Positions 1-13,042 of a DNA stretch of 64,000 nucleotides are shown here, in pieces. Below the pieces are notes generated by a model, which saw only the letters and a program-made list of their open reading frames with translations, was not told the DNA's origin and searched no databases. The stretch is from NCBI RefSeq assembly GCF_001194135.2, contig NC_068983.1, positions 10,383,767-10,447,766 of the forward strand. Direction: 5' to 3'. A program made the position numbers and the translations under genes. The DNA comes from Octopus bimaculoides. Lineage: Eukaryota. The number at the start of each line of letters is the position of its first letter. The stretch's first letter is position 1.

Positions 1-185
1 TGCTACCACCGTTCTTCCAGTCCTTCCAAGCCTGTTTCTTTTGTCTAATAGCCCTGTCTACCTCCTTGTTCCACCACCACGTTACTCTGGGTCGGGAGGG
101 GACCTTACACCACCCACAAATCTGGTCGGTGGCTTTCAACAGGTTGTCCCGCAGAAATCTCCAATTGTCTTCCACGTTTTTCAAC
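1..185 (-). mobile_element. RTE-clade LINE fragment (endonuclease-RT linker), cut by the window edge
   Basis: Minus strand reads NVEDNWRFLRDNLLKATDQICGWCKVPSRPRVTWWWNKEVDRAIRQKKQAWKDWKNGGS; the WWW..EV..AIR.KK motif is typical of RTE ORFs. Confidence 0.75.
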
Positions 186-1063
186 TTAGAAGTAGTCGAT
201 ATTATTTCTGGAGCTGATTTTCAAGGAGAGAGAAATACCAAATATCTCTTCTGAAGACCATTTATCATTTTCAGCTTTATAGGCTGGCAGACTGCCAACT
301 AAGAATTCTTCACTTATTCCATTTTTTTTCTTTTCAAGACTATACAGCTTAGCATCTCCAGTGTTAACTTCGTTCAATAGACAAATCCAAGGATGGTAAT
401 TCTTCAACTTTAAAATGTTGAAATTATCAAATTCCATATATCTGTATATAATTGTGGACTGACACTTTTGGGGTGATAAAGAACTACTTGATCTAAATTT
501 AATTCATAAGAAATGAAAGTGAAAATTCACCACTTCCTTGCTTAATATCAGAAAACCGTGATCTAGCTCAGTCATGAAGCTGAATGAATTATATCTTTGC
601 AAAGATGTACTATAAAAAATATTATTGTTCTTAACACCATCACCAGGCCTTTGGCTTCATGTTTTTGCAAGCATTCAAATCAAATTTTCAGTCAGTTTTA
701 TGTGCTGTTCATTACTGGATTAATGTGTACCATTGTTTCTTCTTCCTCCAACCCTTGCTCTCCCCCCACTCCTGAAATCATTAAAAGGATATTCTGAGTG
801 AGGTGGTGTTGGTGGTACAGCAGCATTTTAAAGTTAATTCTCTAATAAATTAAAGAAATTTGGTGTACTGATGATTTTTTTTTTTTTTTAATATGGTTTT
901 CATAACATTTGGCAGGTGAGAGATAAATATCTTCTTGGATAGAGCACTAGTCTACTCCAAGCCATTTTCTGCACAGCTTGGTCGTACTGATGAAATGTCA
1001 AATTAAATGTTCTGCCTAGAAACGCAATACCTGCTGCGAATTTGAACCCACAGTTCACTTGTG

Positions 1064-1345
1064 AAGAGACCAAATGGTCTTACCTTCTGTCCCTGGAGAG
1101 GTGCCACAGTGTGTGACTTCTTTGTTCTCTCCCACATCCTGGACCTGCGATAAATGGGGTGGGGTGGAGGCGGTACTGCTTCCGTAGCCGAACGGAACAA
1201 GACCCTGAAGTATCAAGAGCTAGCAGTGAACTATCTCTTCCAGTTTGTGGCGTTTGAGATGTTTGGAGGGGAAGGGCCGTTAACGGCGAAGTTCTGGTCA
1301 TCGTTGGCAGCTCACCTTACTGAGGGGTCAGGTGATGCCTGTAAG
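1064..1345 (+). mobile_element. Relic of the restriction-like endonuclease domain of a CRE-like non-LTR retrotransposon
   Basis: One frame from 1064 reads KRPNGLTFCPWRGATVCDF..(stop 1151-1153)..ASVAERNKTLKYQELAVNYLFQFVAFEMFGG. This matches the recalled RPDGxTxxPW...WD...AExxKxxKY...F.PxAFExxGG pattern; catalytic PD is decayed to PN. Confidence 0.65.
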
Positions 1346-1455
1346 GGTGCTTCGCCCAAAGTAATACCACGAACGTGTTGGCTTGTTTCAGTAGGTTGCC
1401 TTGAACCTTGTAGTGTCTGACCAATTGAGGCACTTGCTGCTGCATTGATGTTATA

Positions 1456-1690
1456 CAGGCTGTTCAAAAAGTCTCTCCGCAGTGAATTCTTTTCATCCTG
1501 CACATCACTATGGCGCTACTTCAAGAGTTTTTCGGTGAACGGATTATTTCAAAGGGACTTCGGCCACCAAGATCACCTGATTTAACACCGCCAGACTTTT
1601 TTTTTCTGGAGAGCAAGTAAAGGATCAGTGTGCAAGAATCACCTGAAAACCATTAAATATTTACTGCGGAGAAACTTTATGAACACCCTG
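1456..1690 (+). mobile_element. Internally deleted Tc1/mariner-superfamily DNA transposon
   Basis: About 28-bp TIRs (CAGGCTGTTCAAAAAGTCTCTCCGCAGT / ACTGCGGAGAAACTTTATGAACACCCTG) with TA on both flanks; the interior encodes MALLQEFFGERIISKGLRPPRSPDLTPPDFF (WPPRSPDL-type motif). Confidence 0.8.
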
Positions 1691-2584
1691 TATGTATGTA
1701 TATATATATATATATAGATAGATAGAGAGAGAGAACTATCGTAAAATATATTCCTTTTCGCTGATTTATTGCAAATTGTAACAATTATTTTGTTCCTCCC
1801 GATATGTTCTGTAATCGTTTATTCACTACTCTCACAATCTAATACCTTATCCCTCATGATGTTATAACTCATCTGAGATAGATTATGCTTCCTATCATTT
1901 CACAATCATTATGATAAACACTAGTAATATATACAGGTCGAGTCAGCAGGCGATATCTTAAAGAAATTACATATAGTTCGGCCTCAATATATGATCGCTC
2001 GACTTGGTAGAAATACAACCAGATTAACCTGAAATAACGCCTTGCTGACCTAAAAGGAAAGGCACATTTGGATAATGTCGTAATTGACTGTTTGAAAAGT
2101 GTGGGGTGGGGTGGGGGAATGCCTGAGTGGACTGTTACTTTTAGATCGTATTTAATCACACATCTACCGAATAATTTCTGAACTGCCTAAAGCTGCCAGT
2201 AAAGGGAAATAAACTGTTTTAATGTTAAATTAACTCCCTTATCAAGCGATAGTAACACTTCAGAATATTTGATATTAATATAGGCGTAGGAGTGGCTGTG
2301 TGGTAAGTAGCTTGCTTAACAACCACATGGTTCCACGTTCAGTCCCACTGCGTGGCACCTTGGGCAAGTGTTTTCTCCTATAACCTGTATGTAAACAGTG
2401 ATGGCCAACTCTTTTATCTTTTACTTGTTTCAGTCATTGGACTGTGGCCATGCTGGGGTCTGCCTTGATGGGTTTAGTCAAACAAATCAACCTAGTACTT
2501 ATTAAGCCTGTATTTCATTGGTCTCTTCAGCTGAACTACACTGTTGCAGGGATATCAACAAACCAATGCCAGTTAAGCAATGGT

Positions 2585-2587
<3 letters not shown>

Positions 2588-2640
<53 letters not shown>
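2588..2640. repeat. (CA)n microsatellite
   Basis: Uninterrupted AC run of about 26 units. Confidence 0.95.
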
Positions 2641-2643
<3 letters not shown>

Positions 2644-3835
2644 ATACACATGACTGGCTTCTACCTTGTTTCTGTCTACCGAAAACATTTGGTACTGTAG
2701 TACAAATTTTGTCTATAGATCTTTAGCCATTATTGTATGTATAGTCAGAGGCAAACACCTGTTCCTGGGTATAACTTTAAACTGCATCCAGTAGTGGGGC
2801 CCTGGTTTAGGAGTTCCTGGGTTTTCAGGGGTGTGAAACCACCTCTTCATCAATATCGTTCCTAGGCCTAGTGGCAGACAAGGCTCTTCAGTTCTTAAGT
2901 TGCTCATGTAAGAGAGAGTAACTCAATACAGATCCTGTGTTCCGATAACTACTGAGCTCATGGTATTTGTTTTACCAGACTAATACAAGTTTGACAGACA
3001 AGAGAGTGGAACTGGCTCTGTAAAAACCATGCTCATGAAAATAATAAACTTCTGCTGCTTTGTGAGCTAATTTACTGAACCTTTTAAAAGGGCTAAGGGA
3101 GTAAACCCCTATAGAAAATCTGTAGGGAGGAACCCTAAGATAGATATGTGCAGACATACTTAACTATTGTTTGGCATCCTCTACAGCTCCATTGTTGGTG
3201 CAAATGTATTGACTTGTCTTTCCTTTCTGGCATGTCTGTGAGTGGAAAGGTGATAAATGTACTTGGAGCCAGGTACTTGCTTCTGGAAACATCCCAGACA
3301 CAGCAGAGATGGCTAAGTTACTGGTTCTGCAATACTGTCAACAAATGACAAAAAAGGCCAACCAAATACTTTGTCGGTGTATTTAGTATCTTCATAAACA
3401 GAAAAAGATAAATCAACCAGACTAGTTTCAATCTTTTGTTGAGATTTCAGCAGTAACTAAGAACCCTTGTTAATTGTTTCTAGTATCTATGAAGATGGTG
3501 CCTATAAGGTTTCTCTTACTAAATGCTTAGTTAAATTGGACAGACCAATTTGCATGTATGAGTCACTCATAACAACTAATTTGAATTTTAAAAAATACTA
3601 GTTCATTAACAATGTTTTAAAACTGCACCGTACTTCAGAATATATCTATACGTTGTGAGCTATCGTTATGTTTAGACAGATGCAAATTCCTTGACTGTGT
3701 TGGTATAGAAGGCTATGGGTATGGCAGCATGATAAAAAGTTTACCTTTACAGTCACATGGTTCTGAGTTCAATCCTTTTGCATAGACTTTCAAGCAAGTG
3801 CCTTGAGTTGGCTAATTTCTTATGAGCAAGATTCT

Positions 3836-4055
3836 TATTTCTTTACTGCCCACAAAGGGGCTAAACATAGAGGGGACAAACAAGGGATTAAGTCGATTAC
3901 ATCAACCCCAGTGTGTAACTGGTACTTAATTTATCGACCCCAAAAGGATGAAAGGCAAAGTCGACCTCAGCGGAATTTGAACTCAGGACGTAGCGGCAGA
4001 CGAAATACCGCTAAGCATTTCGCCCGGCGTGCTAACATTTCTGCCAGCTCACCGC
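3836..4055 (-). mobile_element. tRNA-derived SINE (family C here) with 17-bp TSD
   Basis: CTTATGAGCAAGATTCT at 3819-3835 and 4056-4072; head GGCGGTGAGCTGGCAGAA..GAGTTCAAATTCC on minus; same family at 21713-21945 and as fragments elsewhere. Confidence 0.85.
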
Positions 4056-4655
4056 CTTATGAGCAAGATTCTGTGGATGAAAATTGTACAGAAGTCTGTA
4101 TGTATGTGTTTATTTGTGTGTGTTAGTGAAAAATGTAGACAGCTATAAAATTGGTAAAATGATGCTTTCAAACAAATATATCTTGTAGTTATTACTCTAG
4201 AGTTACACAGGCATTCTGTGGTCGTTATTGCCATTGTAAAGCCAGCAAATTAGTGATTGACATGTTGGAAATTTGTAAATAACACTATTGTCTACAAAGT
4301 GCTTGATATAAAATGTGTGTGTCTATATGTACAAACAAAACAAAACCTGCATTCAATACGTTTAGTTTATATGTAAACAGTTAATGATACATTTGTTTTT
4401 TTACTGTATATTAGTATCACACATACACATAAAATATACATGTGATCTTGTGAGCCATCTCAGATTTCACATACATAATATGTATACGTAAGTTAATCAC
4501 TAACCGTTTACTTGTGTCAGTTTGTGTTTATGTGTAGTTACAGACATCGCTGTGTGGTTAAGATTTTTACTTTACAACCACATAGCTTTGAGTTCTTGCC
4601 TGCTATGCAGCACCTTGGGCAACTGTCTTCTATAGCTCTAGACTGTCCAATACTA

Positions 4656-5225
4656 TGTTGCTTCTTAAATCCAACTTTTCTCTCAGGGCGCTTACACTCT
4701 GTTGTGTATGCACAGTGACATTACACATTCAGCGAAGCATACTGGCTTCATTCCTTACAAGCTTACACATGTCCTCAGCAGTCACGGCCCATGTTTTACT
4801 GCCATGTAGCATGGCTGTTCGTACACATGCGTCATACAGTCTACCTTTTGCTCTGAGTGAGAGGCCCTCTCTCACCAGCAGAGGTAGGAGCTCTCTGAAC
4901 TTTGCCCAGGCTATTCTTATTCTAGCAGCTACACTTTCAGAGCATCCACCCCTGCTACTGACTTGGTTCCCTAGGTAATGGAAGCTATTAACTACTTCTA
5001 GTTTTTCTCCCTGGAATGTGACAGAAGCTGCTCTCTGCACATTTTTAGTGTTTATAGCACCTGAGCATTTGCCACATACAGAAACTATTTTCCCAGTTAG
5101 TCTTCCTATGATATTGCTGCACCTCTTATGTGTCCATAGCTTACACTGGGTACATCTTATGAAGGTTCTACCTACGCTTTTTCTACAGATCAAGCAGGGC
5201 CTTAAGTTCACTTTTCTTGAAGCTG
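4656..5225 (-). mobile_element. RTE-clade LINE fragment (PHD-like insert plus RT C-terminal part)
   Basis: ORF 4729-5211 reads CLICRKSVGRTFIRCTQCKLWTHKRC...CGKC...EKLEVVNSFHYLG...RIAWAKFRELLPLL...LYDACVRTAMLHGSKTW; homologous to 35960-36870. Confidence 0.85.
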
Positions 5226-7297
5226 GTGTTTGAATCTTAACAGAATGATTCTTATGTAAATTATGATGAAAGAGTTAGTTTCAAAATTGTTTTTAAAGCA
5301 GCCCCTCTTTTCCTGGTTGATTTTGTCAAATTTTTCTTGGCACGTGACTTTTTTAATCCATAGTGCAATTCCTTGAAAACCACTTTATACAGTATGATCA
5401 TATGAATCAAAATTAAATAAGGATTAAGGCTGTTTTTATTTCCACGTGGGTCACATTAAGAAAATGGAAGATTTTCCCTCCGAAAGCTATAAAGAAAGAT
5501 GCTGATATTTTTAACCAACGAAATCATTTTATTTTAAAGTCCAGTGTGACATACAACTTAGAATATTAAACCAGTGTTATATTCTTCATACTATTTAGTT
5601 TGTGAATCCCAATAAAACTGCTTCCCTCTGTGAACGTGTTATACTTAGTAATAAGAAGTAGATTTTTTTTTATTCCAGGAGCAAATAGTGTGTACTCATA
5701 ATCTACGTCATTTTATTGATATACTTTGATCATTACCCCAGAATACAATCTGTGTTGAGTCACCACTCTATTATATGATCAGTTATGAAATCAATAAACA
5801 TTTCATTCTTGTTCCACAAGCATTAAACACCAAAAAACAAATATCATTTCAATTATGTTATTTTGAGAGGATGGTGGAGGGGTAAATTAAAACCATTTTA
5901 TTCCAGTAACTATTTGTTCCATGGATTTTTATCCCAGATCTTGTTAGGTTTTGTTGTATTTTTTCTATTTTAATTGAAGCAATAATTTTCTTTTTTTTTT
6001 TTTTTTTTTTTTTTTTTTATTCATTGGTATTGATTATCTGTCGAGTTGTTGCTTGTTCTTGATTAAGTGGTGATGTATTTTTATGGTTTGTTGTTTACTT
6101 AGAGAGGAAACAGCTGTCAGCCTTTCCAATGTACAACTTCTCGAAATAAGACTGTTAATAGTTTATTTCTGGAATAATATTCAATTTTTACTCTTGTTTA
6201 TTTGACTCACGGGAGTTTTTCTGTTTGGTATTCATGGTAGAATATATAAGCAAGTCCTGGGTATTCCTCTGAAAGTGGAAGCTTTTGATAGAGCAAAACA
6301 CTACAACTTTCCAATATTACTCAGTTCTTACTAAGTGAATATTAAAACTTTAAACATCGTTTAAATCTAAAGATTTGATTTTCATTAAAGCTATTTCTCT
6401 TCACTTCTTCTGTCATTTTTCTGAAGGTAGTCTTGGATATTGCAAGTTACACTCTTATGCTTCAATAAAATCTATGGCCTTGTGACTTGAGTAAAAAAAA
6501 TCATTATTACTCATATTTACATCAGTTACCACTACTCCGTAGAGTACACACAGTGTAGGTTGTTGCCAGCGAGAAGTTAGTCAATGTGTTTGATAAATAA
6601 CAATAATATTGTAAACTGGAGTAGTGCAATGGCTGTGAGGTTATGATACAGGATTACTGTTGACAACATTGTTACCAGTTCAAATTATTATTATTGTAAT
6701 CTTTGAATGTTGTCAACGTCCACAAGAGCAACATACATAATTGTGCTTCAAAAACAACCTGCTAGAAATAGCATCCAAACCGCTTTCAAATCATACCCTG
6801 GTGTCTTGGATATTTTGTTGTACCAAATACACTATATGGTCGAAAGACTTCAGGATCACATACCTCTCTGATCAAGGCTTATTTGGGGCTAGTAAACTGC
6901 TGCTTATTTCAGTTTGACTGGCTGACAAAGGGGTTCAATTCCTACACCAACCAAGTTTTTATGTTGAATGACATGCATGTATAAATAAAATATACCCTAT
7001 CAATATTCAGATTTACAGAACTCACACCACATATACTAGAATAAGAAATAGTTCTTCAAAAATATACCTAAAATATTATAACAACTGTTATTCTTCAATG
7101 AAAGTACTGTCATTAAACCCAAGATTAAGTTTGATTTAGCTGACTATTTACTTTTGATTGTATAAATGAGTCAATTTCATAGTGTATTTTCATATATGCT
7201 TCTCATTTTAGTCAATCTTTTTAGCTCGATTCCTTCTATCTACAAGATGCTGTATAGAATTTTAACAACTCAGTTTTCTTGATGTGTCTAGTCATGC

Positions 7298-7328
<31 letters not shown>

Positions 7329-8299
7329 TTATTTATTTCTTCTGTTTTTGCTAGTATTTAGAAATTTCATAATCTCTTACATAACATATTCTTTGAAGTT
7401 GTTCAAGTAGAATTTTTTTCCCTTTCATAAAACTTTATAAGTTTCGCTGTTACCTCATCTAGAAATTATCTTTACTGTGTATATGAAAATCTATTCTTGA
7501 CGTTTTCACAGTGACCATGTTGCTTCCAATCAACTCTGATTTAGTGTTACCAGGTAGTCAGCAGAACAATAAGGTGCAAGCTGCAAATCTTTTGTTTCTG
7601 ATAAAACATTCCTCTGTTGGGGGAGGGTCATTTAATTAACATGTTTAATCTGCAACAATGAACTGCCTAATGCCTAATCCCCATGAGCTTTTTTTTTACC
7701 TTGCTATCTTAAAATTTTTTTTTCTTTTTTTGATTAACTTAGGTCACCTGTCTCAGAGGTGGTGGTGGTGGTGGGAGGGGGCTCTAGCAAAGTAGTCTCT
7801 GTTGCAAGCATTTTAACTAAGTCTCTTCTTTCCACCAGTTTGAAAAACTGTAAATAAAAAACAATTGTTTTAAAATATGTGCTCTGCCCAGATCTTAACC
7901 TCTTATGTTGGAATCTAAGTTATGGTCATTGATATATGTACTAGTAACATAGGAGTCACTCTTTGCTGTCTGATAGGTCACAGTAATCTTTTAAAGATTG
8001 TTGCAGTATTAATAGAAGTTATCAGTAAGAGGAACCATAAGAATTGAACAGTTTCTATAGTTGTTTAGCCCTAGTCAGCTCAGATCAAAGGCATTCAAGC
8101 ATGTCCATTCCATCTTTTTTCCAATGTGTAGAGAACTTAAGACCACATTATCTAACAGGTTTTTTTCTAAGAAGGTGGAGTATTATAAGGCGATCTAACA
8201 ACTATTTCTTGCAAGTCAAGCAACTGCATATAGGCTCCCACATTGGCTGATGCTTTTACAGTTTAATAAGATTTGTGGGTCTTAGCTAGAATATATATC

Positions 8300-8730
8300 A
8301 TCATCATCATCATCGTTTAACGTCTGCTTTCCATGCTGGCATGGGTTGGATGGTTTGACTGAGGACTGGTGAGCCAGATGGCTACAGCTGGATGCTCTTC
8401 CTAATGCTAACCACTCCAAGAGTGTAGTGGGTGCTTTTATGTGCCACTGGCATGAGGGCCAGTCAGGCGGTTCTGGCTTGTTGGGTCTTCTTAAGCACAG
8501 CATATCTCCAAAGGTCCCGGTCACTAGTCTTTGCCTCAGTAAGGCCCAATATTCAAAGGTCGTGCTTCACCACCTCATCCCAGGTTTTCCTGGGTCTGCC
8601 TCTTCCACAGGTTCCCTCAACTGCTAGAGTGTGACACTTTTTCACACAGTTGTCCTCATTTATTTGCAACACATGACCATACCAGTGCAGTCATCTCTCT
8701 TGCACACCACATCTGATGCTTCTTAAATCC
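8300..8730 (-). mobile_element. RTE-clade LINE 3' end with (GAT)n tail
   Basis: Minus strand reads LHWYGHVLQINEDNCVKKCHTLAVEGTCGRGRPRKTWDEVVKHDL, followed by the shared 3' UTR ending GCAGACGTTAAACGATGATGATG. Confidence 0.8.
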
Positions 8731-9486
8731 AACTATATATATAGTGATGCTCTCATCACAGCTCACCCACTTGATAATTAAAATATATAACTTGTAATCG
8801 AGAAATATTGGTGACTTTAGAATTACTTCCATCCTCCAAAGGAAAAGCAGGTTATATTGTATCTCTTACACATTTTCCAGGAAAATATTAAACTGCACTG
8901 GGGAGAGGAAACCAACTTGACAAACTCCTGAAGTTTCTGTTATTTAGGTTTAGTGTGTGGGATTTCAATATTGATTTTAAAAACGTCAGTGATTCAAATA
9001 GTGCAGTCTTGCATGAAAGTTGAACAGTGGGTCAGAGAATATGAACCCTGTGAATAATAAAAATCTCTAAATAGATGCAGAGGAAATATTTCATTAAAAA
9101 TACACCACCTAGAAATGACTAATAGAAATATTGGTTGGAAGGTAGTGTAGATACAACTAAAAGATATTAATATGATTTCTTGAATCCCTTTTTTTTTTTT
9201 TTTTGATATCGCAGTAGGGTCATTATGCCAATAATAAACACATGCACAGGTTCTATTTCAGTTCTCTGTTTTTATTTGTCAATTGGTTAAATGACCCTCC
9301 CAAGATATCACAAAATAGGTTTCAATGCACAAGTCCACATCAAAAATTTTGCAAACCAAATACCAAAATAAAATATTCTTGTATACCATATTTCAGAAGT
9401 TCTAGCGTGTCTGTGTATTAATTTTATGAAAATTTGTATTTGTTTTTTTTTTTTTCTGCTTTAACTTAGTTTGTATTTAATTCTAG

Positions 9487-9648
9487 TTATATGGTAGATG
9501 CCGCTGACCTGGAGAAGACGGAGGCATCAAGAAATGAGTTGCATAATTTACTAGACAAGCCACAGTTACAGGGTATTCCTGTGTTGGTGTTGGGAAACAA
9601 ACGAGACTTGCCCAGAGCCCTAGATGAGAAAGATCTTATTGAAAAAAT
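9487..9648 (+). CDS. ARL8: ADP-ribosylation factor-like protein 8, internal exon
   Basis: ttctag|...|gtaagt; reads [54 protein letters not shown], nearly identical to recalled human ARL8B, including the NKxD G4 box. Confidence 0.97.
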
Positions 9649-9963
9649 GTAAGTGAATTACCGTCATTGTTTTAAAAGACTGTTTATTCTTGATGACAGC
9701 AATTATCATACAACCTTAATCTATGTTCTCTCAGCTCAAATACTCTAGAGTAAAATCTATTTCATTCAGATCTTTTGTTGCTTTCTTTTCATCTGCTGTG
9801 CATCATTCATTACTTACCTCCTCTCTATGTATAGTTTGTTTACCTTATTAACTTCTTCAGTTCTCATTCACATCTTGACCCAAACCCAACATTTCTACTA
9901 GGTGTATATTGTATATCCAATGGTTCATACCCAACTTGTTTCTCTTCAATCATGTACATCATA

Positions 9964-10136
9964 GGCGCAGGAGTGGCTGTGTGGTAAGTAGCTTGCTTAC
10001 CAACCACATGGTTCCAGGTTCGGTCCCACTGAGTGGCACCTTGGGCAAGTGTCTTCTACTATAGCCTCAGGCCGACCAAAGCCTTGTGAGTGGATTTGGT
10101 AGACGGAAACTGAAAGAAGCCTGCTGTATATATGTT

Positions 10137-10185
<49 letters not shown>

Positions 10186-10393
10186 TTGTGTGTCTGTGTT
10201 TGTCCCGCTAGCATTGCTTGACAACCGATGCTGGTGTGTTTACGTCCCCGTAACTTAACGGTTCGGTAAAAAGAGACCGATAGAATAAGTACTAGACTTA
10301 CAAAGAATAAGTCCCGGGGTCGATTTGCTCGACTAAAGGCGGTGCTCCAGCATGGCCAGTCAAATGACTGAAACAAGTAAAGAGAGTAAAGAG
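9964..10393 (+). mobile_element. tRNA-derived SINE (family A here), full length
   Basis: A-box TGGCTGTGTGGT, B-box GGTTCGGTCCC, internal (TA)n(TG)n, tail GAAACAAGTAAAGAGAGTAAAGAG; many near-identical copies in the window. Confidence 0.9.
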
Positions 10394-10859
10394 TATCCAT
10401 TAAATTTATTGTCTGTGTTTCATTATCATACAATGTAAAGCCTGTCATTTTTTGTTTAGTTTACCAGTTTACCAAAGAGAATATCTATGTTGTTAGATAT
10501 TAGCATCCCATTGAACTCATTTTGGCTCCAAGCTCTAACTACTACTTGTACTATTTTATAGTTCCACTCCCAATTTATAAGTGTGTCATGTGACTTTACA
10601 AAACTTATCTGCATCTTCCAGCAAGTCTTTCAAGTAATTTCTGGCTGCCTATCTTATTAACTACACCAGAACATCGAGTACAACTTCACTTTTTTTTTTT
10701 ATCCTTTTTGGACATGGCCATGTGGTTAGATGTTTGTTTCTCAGTCACATGGTTTCAGGTTTAATCCCACTAGGCAGCATGTGGACAAGTGTCTCCTACA
10801 AAGCCTTGTGAATAAAATGTAGTAGATAAGAAATGGAAACTGTGTGGAATCGTATTTGT

Positions 10860-11040
10860 TGGACTTGTTTCTGGTAAGGCAACTGCAGGAGAAATATCTA
10901 GCCAAAGATGAACCTCTGTACTTGGCTTTTGTTGACTTGGAGAAAGCCTTTGACAGGGTCCCCAGATTCCTTATCTGATGGTCAATGTGAAAACTGGAGA
11001 TAGACGAGTGGTTGGTAAGAGCTGTACAAGCCATGTCCAG
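10860..11040 (+). mobile_element. RTE-clade LINE RT fragment
   Basis: Reads LVRQLQEKYLAKDEPLYLAFVDLEKAFDRVP (first RT catalytic Asp motif), then a stop. Confidence 0.85.
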
Positions 11041-11374
11041 GAAATAGAGGTAAATAGAGGCAGAGAGAATTCTTCAGTTTTGTTGGAAGTTTGAATAAAA
11101 TAAACCCAGTTGTGGCTATAGAGTGGCTGGTCATTCCAAAATAGCAACAAAGTACCTCTAAGACTAGTAAGATGTTAAGGTGTTCTGAGAGCCTTTCACA
11201 CTAGCAGGAAAAAATGAATGAATTTAAAAGTATAATAATGAATATTGTGATCTTCAGAACATTTCGTGATGTTTCTGTTATTTCCAAGTATATTGTTTAA
11301 AAAAAAAAAACCGTTTTTTAAAATAATCTATATCTATTTCACTTGACTAATTTTGTTTTCTGTTCTGTTCTTAG

Positions 11375-11445
11375 GAATTTATCTGCTATTCAGGATAGAG
11401 AAATTTGTTGCTATTCCATATCATGTAAAGAAAAAGAAAACATAG
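11375..11445 (+). CDS. ARL8: ARL8 internal exon (71 bp)
   Basis: ttcttag|g aat tta...ata g|gtaagt; reads [23 protein letters not shown] (G5 region); phases match the neighbouring exons. Confidence 0.97.
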
Positions 11446-11755
11446 GTAAGTAATACCTTTTGATATGTCTCATAGACTTCAGAAACGTCCCGTTTTACTA
11501 TTGTTTCAGTTGTTGACAATTCTAAGTAGTTGCAAGAATTTTATCTTTTGTCGTCTGTGTTAACATTGCCGTAAGAATATATTGCATAATGCTGGCTGAT
11601 TGAAGGTTTGAGTTTGATCAAAGTGCTGCTTCCCTGATACTCTAAACCTGTCTTTTCCAATGTGGTTCAAAGTGTTATTCCTCAGGTACTCCAGACTTGT
11701 GTTATGCAATGTATGCTTAAGACACTTGTTTCCAAACTATATGAGTTCAATTTCA

Positions 11756-11971
11756 GTCCCATCTTGTAGCACACTTGAGCAAGTGTCTTCTACTATATAG
11801 CCCCAAACCAACCAAATCCTTGTGAGTAGATTTAATAGAAGGAAACTGAAAGAAGCTCATAATGTCCCATTTTGTAGCACACTTGAGCAAGTGTCTTCTA
11901 CTATATAGCCTCAAACCAACCAAAGCCTTGTGAGTAGATTTAATAGAAGGAAACTGAAAGAAGCTCATAAT
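11756..11971. repeat. Head-to-tail duplication (2 x 108 bp) of a SINE internal segment
   Basis: Units start at 11756 and 11864 and differ at about 3 positions. Confidence 0.9.
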
Positions 11972-12214
11972 GTGTGTGTGTTCCTTTTTGGCATCTTAAA
12001 CCAGCGTCAATACCATGCAAGCAATGTTGTTCGTTTCTAATCATTTGTGAAAAAAATGTCTGGTCATGGGGGTAATTTTACTTTGTTTGGGAACCGGTGA
12101 GGGTTGGTGACAGGAGGAGCATCTGGCTGTAGAAAATTCATCTCAGCAAATTTCGTCTGATACATACAAGCATGAAAAAATTAGGCAGTAAATGATTATA
12201 TATATATATATATG

Positions 12215-12476
12215 TTGCCAGTGCCCCTGGACTGGCTTGTGCGGGTGGCACATAAAAGACACCATTTCGAGCGTGGCCGTTTTCATGCGGGTGACACGTA
12301 AAAGCACCCACTACACTCTCTGAGTGGTTGGCGTTAGGAAGGGCATCCAGCTGTAGAAACTCTGCCAAATCAGACTGGAGCCTGGTGTTGCCATCCGGTT
12401 TCACCAGTCCTCAGTCAAATCGTCCAACCCATGCTAGCATGGAAAGCGGACGTTAAACGATGATGATGATGATGAT
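12215..12476 (+). mobile_element. RTE-LINE-type 3' tail element ending in (GAT)n
   Basis: GAAGGGCATCCAGCTGTAGAAAC...GCGGACGTTAAACGATGATGATG. Other copies lie near 21490-21665(-), 22285-22455(+), 27480-27746(-), 31030-31375(+), 32220-32640(-), 34280-34590(+), 42865-43030(-), 48658-49240(-) and 59948-60110(-). Confidence 0.8.
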
Positions 12477-13042
12477 ATATGTATGTATAATATGCTCACA
12501 CACACAGATCTATATGGTGGTCTTTCACATGGCTTCAATCAACCAAATTCCACTCAACAGCTTAGCTTGTTACTAAGGAAACAAGACAGCAAAGTGAGAT
12601 TTACAGTCAAGTGTATAACAATGGCTTTTGGTTAGCTAAAATTACCTAACATTTGTAAACTTTAACAGCTGTTAACATTTTATTTATAAATTTATGGCAA
12701 AAATGAGTTTCCTTTTCATAATACGCTCTGGGGTCGATTTGCTTGACTAAAGGCGGTGCTCCAGCATGGCTGCAGTCAAATGACTGAAACAAGTAAAAGA
12801 TGAAAGATGATTAGCATACATAACTAAATCAATATAGCCAAATTTGAAAACAACTGGATTAAAATTGCAAAAATATAAAGTCTGTGACTACAACCAAAAA
12901 GATTCTAATACATTAATCTCATAGTCACTGTACCTCTAGTAATTAAATGTTCAATTATAATTTTATATTATTAACAGTAAACCCATCTCAGAGTCCTTCT
13001 TCCAAATGAAATTCACTCATTCTATTGTTTCTTCTCTTTCAG

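Noticed and set aside
1003-1200. RSRMWER peptide resembling ARL8 FRSMWER
   Set aside because: Wrong strand for ARL8, no flanking similarity, and it overlaps the CRE-like relic; the ARL8 5' exons were not found in 1-9486.
9997-10448. Recurring ORFs with THTHT/YIYIY runs and RRHLPKVP motifs (also near 20215, 44449, 50026, 63050)
   Set aside because: They are translations of SINE family A and its internal microsatellites.
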